Origin: Patescibacteria group bacterium
Lineage (GTDB): Bacteria > Patescibacteriota > Microgenomatia > UBA10105 > UBA927
NCBI GenBank assembly: GCA_023379025.1
Contig: JAMCTH010000009.1
Coordinates: forward strand, 5,092 to 69,091
DNA: 64,000 nt
Direction of reading: 5' to 3'
The translations under genes and the position numbers were made by a program. This document shows, piece after piece, positions 20,650-29,088 of this stretch (its first letter is position 1; every line of letters begins with the position of its first letter). Below the pieces are notes generated by a model that saw only the letters and a list, made by a program, of their open reading frames with translations, searched no databases and was not told the origin of the DNA.

Positions 20650-20967
20650 ATGCGTCAGCTTCGGAGATCCAAAAAACACGTTTTGTGGCTGATATGTGGC
20701 CTGGTAACCGGCGGACTGACGGCATGGTTTACGTACAAATTTTATCCGGATAACGCATTCAACATAACACTCTTTTTTTGTCTATTGGAAGGCACGATCC
20801 TATCTCTAACCTATTATCTTCTAAATAATGTGCGACGTTCAATTTTTATTGGATTTGGGATTGGAATATGGCTCCTTCTTCGCTTGCTTGGTTTGCATCA
20901 ACTCCTCTATCTTATCCTCATTGTCGCCTGTCTTCTCTCCCTCGACCTCCTCTTTTCAAAAAAATAA
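20650..20967 (+). CDS. Small multi-pass membrane protein
   Basis: About four hydrophobic segments; TACAAT 7 nt upstream of the ATG. Confidence 0.65.
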   Translation: MRQLRRSKKHVLWLICGLVTGGLTAWFTYKFYPDNAFNITLFFCLLEGTILSLTYYLLNNVRRSIFIGFGIGIWLLLRLLGLHQLLYLILIVACLLSLDLLFSKK

Positions 20968-20975
20968 TCTCCTCC

Positions 20976-21007
20976 TTGCAATTCAACGGGTAATATTTTA
21001 ATATACT
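20976..21007 (+). promoter_or_regulatory. Sigma70-type promoter for the Met-rich leader
   Basis: TTGCAA (20976-81), 17 nt spacer, TAATAT (20999-21004); overlapping TATACT (21002-07) lies 7 nt before GTG 21015. Confidence 0.6.
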
Positions 21008-21014
21008 CCCCATC

Positions 21015-21059
21015 GTGATAATGATAACCTCCATGATGATGAAAATGAATTCCGTCTAG
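21015..21059 (+). CDS. Met-rich leader peptide (M)IMITSMMMKMNSV*, putative attenuator leader
   Basis: GTG ATA ATG ATA ACC TCC ATG ATG ATG AAA ATG AAT TCC GTC TAG; alternative ATG start at 21021; directly followed by attenuator hairpins. Confidence 0.75.
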   Translation: MIMITSMMMKMNSV

Positions 21060-21110
21060 CGGAGGTTTATTCGTGGGATAAACAAACCTCCGCAAGGAGG
21101 TTTTTTGTTG
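21024..21110 (+). promoter_or_regulatory. Transcription attenuator with mutually exclusive 1:2, 2:3 and 3:4 hairpins
   Basis: Seg1 AACCTCC 21026-32; seg2 GCGGAGGTTT 21059-68; seg3 AAACCTCCGC 21084-93; seg4 GGAGGTTT 21096-103. Confidence 0.78.
21084..21109 (+). terminator. Intrinsic terminator (3:4 hairpin of the attenuator)
   Basis: AAACCTCC-GCAA-GGAGG followed by TTTTTTGTT; GNRA tetraloop. Confidence 0.85.
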
Positions 21111-21123
21111 GATTTTAAAATGT

Positions 21124-21831
21124 ATGAAAGACGTTTTTTGCGAACTTCCAGAAAACATTGCAGACGTGCTCGGAGTTTATGGTGAATATAAACAATACGA
21201 GCTTGAAAAGGGAGAAATTTTAACCGTACTTTCAACCTGCAGTGTACCGATCGAGTGTTTAGAACCAGTTAACTGGAGTGTTGTTGTGCCTATAGGTAAC
21301 TTCCGTCAAGTAGCCAGTATTGACCGACTATCAGACGGAACAAGACCGAGGATTACCCTAAAATCACCGGAACGAATATTTACTAAAGAGCCTAAATACC
21401 TTGCGACAGGCTGGCCATGGTGGGGAGGATCCAGATCACAGGAAAAAAGAACAACTGTCCTAAGAAATCCTGTGGTTGAAGAGCAAAGTCTTTGGGAGGC
21501 AATCATATTGCTTGAATTACATCGTAACGGCATCCGCGCTGAGGTTCCCCAAGCAATATTACAAACCATTGAAGGGTCCTGCTGTGTGATAGTAAACACA
21601 ATTCAAGTACCCTACTTTCCTGTCACTCGTCAGGGCGAATCTCTGTCCGCCCAGGAAATCCGGGTAAAAACGGGGCTGGTGCCCGAAGACTATGGTGGTG
21701 CAAATCTACTTACAGATTGCGATGGCTTTTCGCACATAATTGACGTCAATAGATGGGCTTGGCCACCATATACTGATGATTTTCGACGAAGACTTATAGA
21801 AACCATATCTAATGCTGAATCTAAGAGCTAG
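21124..21831 (+). CDS. Hypothetical protein with possible kinase-like catalytic motifs
   Basis: 235-aa AT-rich ORF; GIRAEVPQA, EDYGGANLL and HIIDV resemble the kinase D-x4-N loop and metal-binding Asp. Confidence 0.55.
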   Translation: MKDVFCELPENIADVLGVYGEYKQYELEKGEILTVLSTCSVPIECLEPVNWSVVVPIGNFRQVASIDRLSDGTRPRITLKSPERIFTKEPKYLATGWPWWGGSRSQEKRTTVLRNPVVEEQSLWEAIILLELHRNGIRAEVPQAILQTIEGSCCVIVNTIQVPYFPVTRQGESLSAQEIRVKTGLVPEDYGGANLLTDCDGFSHIIDVNRWAWPPYTDDFRRRLIETISNAESKS

Positions 21832-21850
21832 GAGGTATTGCAAAAGTAGT

Positions 21851-22225
21851 ATGAAAGGAAGAGAATCGTTCATCGAACATAAACTAGAAGATTTAGGATG
21901 TCCACCTGGATTAAGGACTGAGATACAAGTTTTCGGTTTATTTCGAGAAAGTTTGACAAACCAAAACCCGGAAGAGGCACGCAGAAATCTGAAAAATCTT
22001 CGGAGTGATTGGCCTGCTGAAGATGGGATTCCTTTCGCTGTTCCCAAAGTATTGACACCAGAATTTGAAAATGCACTTCGATCAGGCGAGTTGGGAGATC
22101 TCTTAAAAGCAACTTATATCGCGGGTCTCATACAGGCAGGAGAACAAATATCTGAAGATGAAATTGGTTTTGTCAAAACGTATTGCCTAAGAATTGATCT
22201 TGGAAGCTTTACATGGGGCCATTGA
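21851..22225 (+). CDS. Hypothetical protein
   Basis: 124-aa AT-rich ORF on the same strand as its neighbours; no recognisable motif. Confidence 0.5.
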   Translation: MKGRESFIEHKLEDLGCPPGLRTEIQVFGLFRESLTNQNPEEARRNLKNLRSDWPAEDGIPFAVPKVLTPEFENALRSGELGDLLKATYIAGLIQAGEQISEDEIGFVKTYCLRIDLGSFTWGH

Positions 22226-22239
22226 GATATAATAGACAT

Positions 22240-22575
22240 ATGAAATTTCTAAAACCTAATAAATATAATTTGAACCATATAGACAGACAGTTAGGTGAAA
22301 ACTATTGGTTACCTATTGATGTAGCATATATTAATGACTGGGTTTTAAGAGCGGCCGCATTCAAAGGAGAATTTCATTGGCATACCCATAACGATGATGA
22401 GTTCTTTTTAATCTATAAAGGGAAAATTGTTATACAAACAGAAAAAGGAAACATAGAATTAGCAGCAGGAGAAGGATATGTTATTCCAAAAGGGGTCAGG
22501 CATTGCCCGATTGCAAAAAAAAGGTCAGTAGTGTTATTACTGGAACCAAAAATACTTAACACCACCGGTGATTAG
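22240..22575 (+). CDS. Cupin-domain protein
   Basis: GEFHWHTHNDDEFF and VIPKGVRHCP cupin motifs; TATAAT 6 nt before the ATG. Confidence 0.85.
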   Translation: MKFLKPNKYNLNHIDRQLGENYWLPIDVAYINDWVLRAAAFKGEFHWHTHNDDEFFLIYKGKIVIQTEKGNIELAAGEGYVIPKGVRHCPIAKKRSVVLLLEPKILNTTGD

Positions 22576-22603
22576 TATATTAAAAAGTAATTAAGCATCA
22601 AAT

Positions 22604-24151
22604 ATGGCCAAAAAATTTTACCTCACCTGTGCTATCCCCTACGTAAACGCGGCCCCACATATTGGCCACGCGCTCGAATTTGTGCAGGGCGATGTGATTG
22701 CTCGCTACCACGCGCTTCTGGGTGAAGAGACGCGCCTCCTATCCGGCGGCGATGAAAACGCACTCAAGAACGTACAGGCAGCAGAAAAAGCCGGCGTCCC
22801 CATTCAACAGTTTGTCGATGACAATACGCAAAAATTTCTCGATCTTACGAAGGCGCTCGGCTGTCGATTTGATGTATGGCAGAAAGGAAGTGACCAGGTA
22901 CATCACTTCCCCGCTAGCCAGAAACTCTGGAAACTCTGTGCCAAAGCAGGCGATATCTATCAGAAATCGTATGAAGGTCTCTATTGTGTTGGCTGCGAGA
23001 CATTTTATGAGCCCTCGGAACTCAATGAAAACGGTGAATGTTTCGAACACCCCGGCAAAAAGCTGGAAAATGTTTCTGAAAATAACTATTTTTTCCGTCT
23101 GTCAAAATATCAAAGTCAACTTGTTGAGCTTATTACAAAGGACCAACTTAGAGTGATTCCAGATACCCGAAAAAATGAAGTGTTATCCTTTCTCAAACAA
23201 CCCTTGCAGGATATAAGCATCTCCCGATCAAACGAACGCGCGAAAAACTGGGGAGTACCTGTACCCGGTGATGATACACAACGGATCTATGTCTGGTTTG
23301 ACGCCCTCAATATCTATCAAAGCGGCATTGGATTTGGTTGGAATGAAGAAATGTACAAAAAATGGTGGCCGGCAGATGTTCATGTCATAGGAAAGGGCAT
23401 TACCCGGTTTCATGCGGTCTACTGGCCGGCGTTCCTCCTCTCTGCCGGATTACCGCTTCCCAGGGCAATTTTTGTCCATGAATATTTTACCGTGAACGGA
23501 CAGAAAATGAGTAAAACCCTCGGAAACGTCATAGACCCGGTCAAGCTGATTGACACATACGGCGCCGATCCCCTCCGCTATTATTTCCTCGCTAAATTCT
23601 CCCCGTTTTCGGACGGCGATTTCTCCGAAGACGAATTCAAAAAAGTATACAACGCGGATCTTGCCAACGGACTCGGCAATCTCGTTTCCCGCACATTCGG
23701 ATTAGCCGCACAGAATTTCGGCGGAAAGATACCTGCGCCGGACCGCGATCCTGACGCGCACCCCCTCCGGACCGATCCTGCTATCCACACGTGGAAAACT
23801 GCATGGAAAGATATCGATGCCAGTTTCCGGTCATACGAACTCAATACCGGCATCGGTTCGGTCTGGAAATTTCTGAAAGACGCGGATAAATATATAAACG
23901 ATCAAAAACCCTGGGAGCTCTCAAAAAAGGACCCAAAGGCATTAGCCTGGGTGCTCTATGGCCTCCTCGACAGCATCCATCAGATCGCCTGGCAGATTTA
24001 TCCGTATCTTCCGGAAACCGCCCTGCACATCGCGCGTGCCATGGGCTCTGAAAAGTTATTACTCAAGAATCCCGTAGTCAAAGACGGTTGGACAAATATC
24101 GCACCGGGAACTAAGCTTACTCTGGGCAAACCGCTGTTCCCAAGACTGTAG
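22604..24151 (+). CDS. metG: Methionyl-tRNA synthetase (short form)
   Basis: PYVNAAPHIGH, YEGLYCVGCE, IYVWFDAL, GKGITRFHAVYWPA, KMSKT and YNADLANGLGNL motifs. Confidence 0.96.
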   Translation: MAKKFYLTCAIPYVNAAPHIGHALEFVQGDVIARYHALLGEETRLLSGGDENALKNVQAAEKAGVPIQQFVDDNTQKFLDLTKALGCRFDVWQKGSDQVHHFPASQKLWKLCAKAGDIYQKSYEGLYCVGCETFYEPSELNENGECFEHPGKKLENVSENNYFFRLSKYQSQLVELITKDQLRVIPDTRKNEVLSFLKQPLQDISISRSNERAKNWGVPVPGDDTQRIYVWFDALNIYQSGIGFGWNEEMYKKWWPADVHVIGKGITRFHAVYWPAFLLSAGLPLPRAIFVHEYFTVNGQKMSKTLGNVIDPVKLIDTYGADPLRYYFLAKFSPFSDGDFSEDEFKKVYNADLANGLGNLVSRTFGLAAQNFGGKIPAPDRDPDAHPLRTDPAIHTWKTAWKDIDASFRSYELNTGIGSVWKFLKDADKYINDQKPWELSKKDPKALAWVLYGLLDSIHQIAWQIYPYLPETALHIARAMGSEKLLLKNPVVKDGWTNIAPGTKLTLGKPLFPRL

Positions 24152-24198
24152 CGATCATACCTCGACGGCACCGGTTACCATGTAATCTTAACAAACGT

Positions 24199-25005
24199 AT
24201 GTATATCGATACTCACTGTCATCTGAATTTTGATGCTTACGATACGGACAGAGCAATGGTCATCGGAAATGCAAAAAAGGCAGGAGTAAAACAATTTATC
24301 GTTCCCGGCGTCGACATCTGGTCCTCGCAGCAAGCTATTGCTCTTACCCAAAAAAATCCGGGGGTGATCTATGCTGCAATTGGCATCCATCCGTACGAGG
24401 CTCAGCATGATTGGAACGTACATGATCTCGATAGACTGATGGCGACATACAGCAACAGAACAATTCAACACTATAACGATATCATCGTAGCTATCGGAGA
24501 ATGCGGGCTGGACTACCACCTATACAAAGGGGAGGCGGCGGTAAGCCGGAAAGACTACCAGAAAAAACTCTTTGAGGCTGAGCTCAGGCTGGCCCTCGCA
24601 CACAACCTTCCCGTCATCATCCATTGCCGGGACGCATTCGATGACCTCTACTCGGTCCTTGACGGATTACCCTCAATGCCCAGAGGCGTCATCCATTGTT
24701 TCGGCGGCGGACTCGCCGATATCCGCTATGCCCGTGACCGCAAGCTTTATGTAGGTATTGACGGCAATGTCACGTATTCAAAAACTCTGAGAACCATCGT
24801 GCCGGATATCCCGCTTTCCATGCTCCTCCTGGAAACGGATGCGCCGCTCCTCACTCCGGCGCCGCACCGCGGTACCCGGAACGAACCCAAATATATTCCT
24901 CTTATCGCAAAACACATAGCAGAGCTCATGCATGTCACACTCAATGAGGTGAAAACAGCTACCGCAAAAAATGCCGAATGCCTATTCGGATTGCCGCCTC
25001 ATTGA
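24199..25005 (+). CDS. tatD: TatD family DNase
   Basis: IDTHCHL, GIHP, AIGECGLDY, IHCRDA, IHCF, LETDAP and RNEP motifs. Confidence 0.93.
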   Translation: MYIDTHCHLNFDAYDTDRAMVIGNAKKAGVKQFIVPGVDIWSSQQAIALTQKNPGVIYAAIGIHPYEAQHDWNVHDLDRLMATYSNRTIQHYNDIIVAIGECGLDYHLYKGEAAVSRKDYQKKLFEAELRLALAHNLPVIIHCRDAFDDLYSVLDGLPSMPRGVIHCFGGGLADIRYARDRKLYVGIDGNVTYSKTLRTIVPDIPLSMLLLETDAPLLTPAPHRGTRNEPKYIPLIAKHIAELMHVTLNEVKTATAKNAECLFGLPPH

Positions 25006-25053
25006 TTTGACTATCGGATCATTAGATAATTTGATAATAAGACCCATTAATGT

Positions 25054-25749
25054 ATGACAATTTCCGTCGTCATTCCGGCCTACAATGAGGAGGCGTTACT
25101 CCCCAAAACCCTCACATCCTTGAGACATCTCATACGCAAGCCCGACGAAATCATTGTCATAGACGGAGGTTCGACAGATGGTACGAAAGCCATTGCCCGG
25201 CGGTCGGGCGCGTCGGTATACACCATCCAACATCGCGGCATAGGCTATGCCAGACAACAGGGCATCGAACATGCAAAGGGGGATGTTATCGCGTTCACGG
25301 ATGCCGATACGCTCGTCCCCGACGATTGGCTCACGAAGATAGAACAGACGCTCTCCCGGCCAAGTGTATCCTGCGTCTTCGGTACATTCCGCGTTCCGGA
25401 CGGTTGGCTGCCGTACCGCATATATATCAATCGGCTCCAACCCATACTCAACCAATTCTATTTCTGGATGGGCATCCCCATGGCACCCGGCCAGAACATC
25501 GCCTTTTGGAAAAAAAAGGCGCTCGCAGTCGGAGGCTTTCCGACTGACTTCAAAATCGCCGAAGATATAGAAATGGCGCGACGCCTAAAACGCACGGGAA
25601 AGCTCGTCCTCCGGCAGGACCTCATCGTCGTAAGTAGTGGCCGCCGGGGCAGTGAAGGCCCGGGATTGCTCCTTCGGACGTTTAAAGCATTCTTTCTCTA
25701 CCTGTTCTTTCGGAAAGCCAACACCATAGGATTTCCGGATATCCGCTGA
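25054..25749 (+). CDS. Glycosyltransferase family 2
   Basis: SVVIPAYNEE, DGGSTDGT, FTDADT and AEDIE motifs. Confidence 0.9.
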   Translation: MTISVVIPAYNEEALLPKTLTSLRHLIRKPDEIIVIDGGSTDGTKAIARRSGASVYTIQHRGIGYARQQGIEHAKGDVIAFTDADTLVPDDWLTKIEQTLSRPSVSCVFGTFRVPDGWLPYRIYINRLQPILNQFYFWMGIPMAPGQNIAFWKKKALAVGGFPTDFKIAEDIEMARRLKRTGKLVLRQDLIVVSSGRRGSEGPGLLLRTFKAFFLYLFFRKANTIGFPDIR

Positions 25750-25781
25750 AGCCCGCGCGTGCTATAATCCCCCTTGCCCGT

Positions 25782-27266
25782 ATGCGCCGTATCTTTTCCA
25801 CATACCCCGACACCACCCGGAGGCTTCTTGAAATCGCCATCCCGGCATCATCCTGGTTTCTCATCACCATGCCGCTTTGGCTTTCATTTTCCCACCCGGC
25901 GCTTGCTGCCTACCTTATCATCACGTTTGACGTCTACTGGTTTTACAAATCGCTGACGTTTGCGTACTATGCGGTCCGGGCGTTCGTAACCATGTCCGCA
26001 TTCAGCAAACTGGACTGGCTTTCCCGAACGCGGGGACTTCGGGGGTTTTCGGAACTCCATCACGTCATTATCATTCCTGAGTACAAAGAGCCGATCCATA
26101 TCCTCGAACGCACCATCGCTAATCTGACAAAACAGGACTTTCCGCTGCGGCGGATCATTATCGTCTTTGCCACCGAAACTAAGGACGGGGACGCTTCAAA
26201 AACAGCGGCGGGCATCCGGAGGAAATACGGCACCCGCTTCGGTCATTTCCTTATCACGCGCCACACCCTCAGACCCGGCGAAATTGCCGGGAAATCCTCA
26301 AATATGGCCTGGGCGGCATCGGAAGCTGCCAAAATGCTCCGGACCTGGCATATTCCCCTGCGCAGCGCAACCGTCACGTCCTGCGATGCGGACGCGCGTA
26401 TCCACCCCAAATACTTTTCCTGTCTCGCCTATCAGTTCCTTACGGATCCGGACAGAATGTATCACTTCTATCAGGGAGCAGTACTGTTTTATTCCAACAT
26501 CTGGCGCATCCCCCTTCCCAACAGATTCATGAATACGCTCAACAGCATCTGGAACCTGTCCCTGCTTTCCCACGGCGGGTACCGGCTCATCAACACCTCA
26601 ACCTATTCCCTTTCCTTTGCGTCGGTCATGAAAGCCGGCGGATGGAGCGTGGATGTCATCCCGGAAGATTATCATCTGTTCTTCAAGATGTTTTTCCGCC
26701 TCGGGCAAAAGGTCCGGACCATCCCGATTTTCCTCCCGGTATTGGTCGATGCGGCGGAAAGCTACGGATTCTTCCGGACCATGGTCAACCAGTATGAGCA
26801 GGTCAAACGGTGGGCGTGGGGAGTATCGGATATCCCCTATGTCATAAAAAATGCACTCGATCATGATGAAATACCGTTGGGAAACCGGCTTATCCGGGTG
26901 GGACTGCTGCTTGAGCATCACGTCTTCTGGCCCGCTAACTGGTTTATCCTGACCGTCGGGAGCATCCTTCCGCCGATCATCAACGTGGATTTCGGCAGAA
27001 CCATCCTCGGACATAATCTGTCGCGGTTGTCGTCCGGGATTCTGACCGTATCCGCGGTTTTTCTCATCGTGATTTTTATGATCGACTGGAGGATAAAACC
27101 GCCGAAACCCAAAGAGTATGCATCATGGAAATTACCGTTTCTGTACCTTCAGTGGCTCACCCTTCCGGTCGTGTCCTTTTTTCTCTCCGCGCTTCCGGGT
27201 CTGGATGCCCATACGCGCCTGCTTCTGGGAAAACGATTGGAATATCGTACGACAGAAAAGATATAA
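25782..27266 (+). CDS. Membrane-embedded processive GT2-like glycosyltransferase
   Basis: GKSSN, CDAD, IPED and QVKRWAWG (QxxRW) motifs with flanking TM helices. Confidence 0.85.
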   Translation: MRRIFSTYPDTTRRLLEIAIPASSWFLITMPLWLSFSHPALAAYLIITFDVYWFYKSLTFAYYAVRAFVTMSAFSKLDWLSRTRGLRGFSELHHVIIIPEYKEPIHILERTIANLTKQDFPLRRIIIVFATETKDGDASKTAAGIRRKYGTRFGHFLITRHTLRPGEIAGKSSNMAWAASEAAKMLRTWHIPLRSATVTSCDADARIHPKYFSCLAYQFLTDPDRMYHFYQGAVLFYSNIWRIPLPNRFMNTLNSIWNLSLLSHGGYRLINTSTYSLSFASVMKAGGWSVDVIPEDYHLFFKMFFRLGQKVRTIPIFLPVLVDAAESYGFFRTMVNQYEQVKRWAWGVSDIPYVIKNALDHDEIPLGNRLIRVGLLLEHHVFWPANWFILTVGSILPPIINVDFGRTILGHNLSRLSSGILTVSAVFLIVIFMIDWRIKPPKPKEYASWKLPFLYLQWLTLPVVSFFLSALPGLDAHTRLLLGKRLEYRTTEKI

Positions 27267-27341
27267 TACGAAAGGAGCGAAACGTACGAAATGTACTGCT
27301 GTCCTTTCGGCATCTCGTACTTCCCGTACGTTGGGTACGCC

Positions 27342-28691
27342 ATGTTGCACTGGCTTCTTACATATTCACCGCTTCTTTATCTCACGCAGAGCGTCTGGCG
27401 GGACGAGGCCTATTCGGTCCTCGTTGCCGTCCGTCCAGTGTCGACTATCCTCGGACGGCTCAGTTTCGAGCCGCCCGTCTACTACATTCTGCTTCATGTA
27501 TGGATGCGCATCTTCGGCACCGGAGAGATTGCCGCAAGAAGCCTTTCGTTTCTCGGGTTTTCGCTCGCGACCGTCGTCGTCATATACTGGGCGGAAAAGC
27601 TCTACAAACATCACTGGCTTTCCTGGTTTCTGCCGCTTCTTTTTTTCCTCAATCCGATGCTCCTCTATTATGCGTTTGAAATCCGTTCATACGGCTGGTA
27701 TATCTTCTTTACCGTACTGGCACTCTCTGCCTATGCCGAACGGAAGTGGCTCCTCCTGATTCTTGCATCGGTCCTCGGATTTTATACCCATACGTATATG
27801 CTGTTCGTTCCTTTCGTCATCGGGGTCCACTGGACGGCTTCGCATCCCGGGCATTTCCGGCATCCGGCGCGGCTCCCCGGCGATCGGGCGGTACGGAGTC
27901 TTGCCCTGATTTTTCTCTGTATGATACCGTGGTTCGTAAAAATCGCCCGGGATGCCACCGTTCTGGGAAAATCCTGGTATTTCCCCGTCTCCCTGGGGCT
28001 TGTCAAATCCGTCCTCGGCAATATGTTCACCGGGTATGAAGGGACGCCGTGGTATCTCTGGCGGTATACGGCACTGCTCTCTCTTGTGTTGCTTGTCCTC
28101 TTTGTCCTTGCCCTACGGAAAAAATCAGCGCGTTCCCTCAACGGTTTATTTCTCCTCATGGTATTCCTGCCGCTTACGATCGTCATCGGCATATCGTTCC
28201 TGAAGCCGCTTTTCGTCAACCGGTATCTTATCCCGGTCACCGTTGCGGAAGTGTTTCTTGTTGCCGCAGCGATCGCATCAGTGAAAAAGGGTCCGGCACA
28301 GGTATTGCTTGCCGGTATACTACTTCTTTCCGTCATCGGCTTTGATTTCTGGTACCCCGACAAACATGCCAAACCGGATATCCGGGAAACCATCTCCCAG
28401 GTCAATGCACTCAAGGAACCTGCGGATCTCGTCTATGCGGACAGTCCGCTCATCTTTTTTGAGACTCTCTATTACAGTACAAACAAAAATGAAGTATTTC
28501 TTTATAATCCTCAGCACAGTCCTTTCCCGTGGTACGTGGGCGGTGATATCGTCCGTCCGTCCCAGATGGAGGATAGGCTCCCGGCATATCCCGTACGGGC
28601 ATTCCTTGTCCATACGGACGGGACATACTCTATCGCATACAGCACCGTGACACCTCCGCCCTCCGGCGCCGGTGCTCCCGCTCAGAGATAA
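27342..28691 (+). CDS. GT-C (PMT/ArnT-like, GT39) glycosyltransferase
   Basis: QSVWRDEAYS, PPVYY, GEIAARSLS and EIRSY motifs; many TM helices. Confidence 0.82.
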   Translation: MLHWLLTYSPLLYLTQSVWRDEAYSVLVAVRPVSTILGRLSFEPPVYYILLHVWMRIFGTGEIAARSLSFLGFSLATVVVIYWAEKLYKHHWLSWFLPLLFFLNPMLLYYAFEIRSYGWYIFFTVLALSAYAERKWLLLILASVLGFYTHTYMLFVPFVIGVHWTASHPGHFRHPARLPGDRAVRSLALIFLCMIPWFVKIARDATVLGKSWYFPVSLGLVKSVLGNMFTGYEGTPWYLWRYTALLSLVLLVLFVLALRKKSARSLNGLFLLMVFLPLTIVIGISFLKPLFVNRYLIPVTVAEVFLVAAAIASVKKGPAQVLLAGILLLSVIGFDFWYPDKHAKPDIRETISQVNALKEPADLVYADSPLIFFETLYYSTNKNEVFLYNPQHSPFPWYVGGDIVRPSQMEDRLPAYPVRAFLVHTDGTYSIAYSTVTPPPSGAGAPAQR

Positions 28692-28696
28692 TCCGT

Positions 28697-29086
28697 ATGA
28701 AAACGCCGTTTCTCATGAGACACCTGCGCTATATTCTGCGGGTATGGAGAGGGCTGTCGGAAAATTGGCTTATCGCCGTAACCAATAAATTCGTCCCGCT
28801 GCTTTTCCTCATTTCCCTGGCGCTTCTCCTGTGGAAGTGGCATAATCTTCCACCCTTCGTCCCCCTCTGGTATGCAAAACCATGGGGAGAGGAACAGCTG
28901 GCACAACCGGTTTGGCTCTTGCTCCTGCCGGTCGGAAGCCTCCTCATATATCTTATCAACATCATCGTTGCCTCCTATATCACCGCGGACATCCTCATCT
29001 TTTCCCAGGCACTGTTCTCCGCCTCGTTTCTGGTCAGCCTCTTCTCCTTCATCACGCTTATTAAGATACTCTTTCTTATTTCATAA
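28697..29086 (+). CDS. Membrane protein (DUF1648-like)
   Basis: LPPFVPLWYAKPWGEEQLA motif between TM helices. Confidence 0.7.
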   Translation: MKTPFLMRHLRYILRVWRGLSENWLIAVTNKFVPLLFLISLALLLWKWHNLPPFVPLWYAKPWGEEQLAQPVWLLLLPVGSLLIYLINIIVASYITADILIFSQALFSASFLVSLFSFITLIKILFLIS

Positions 29087-29088
29087 AC

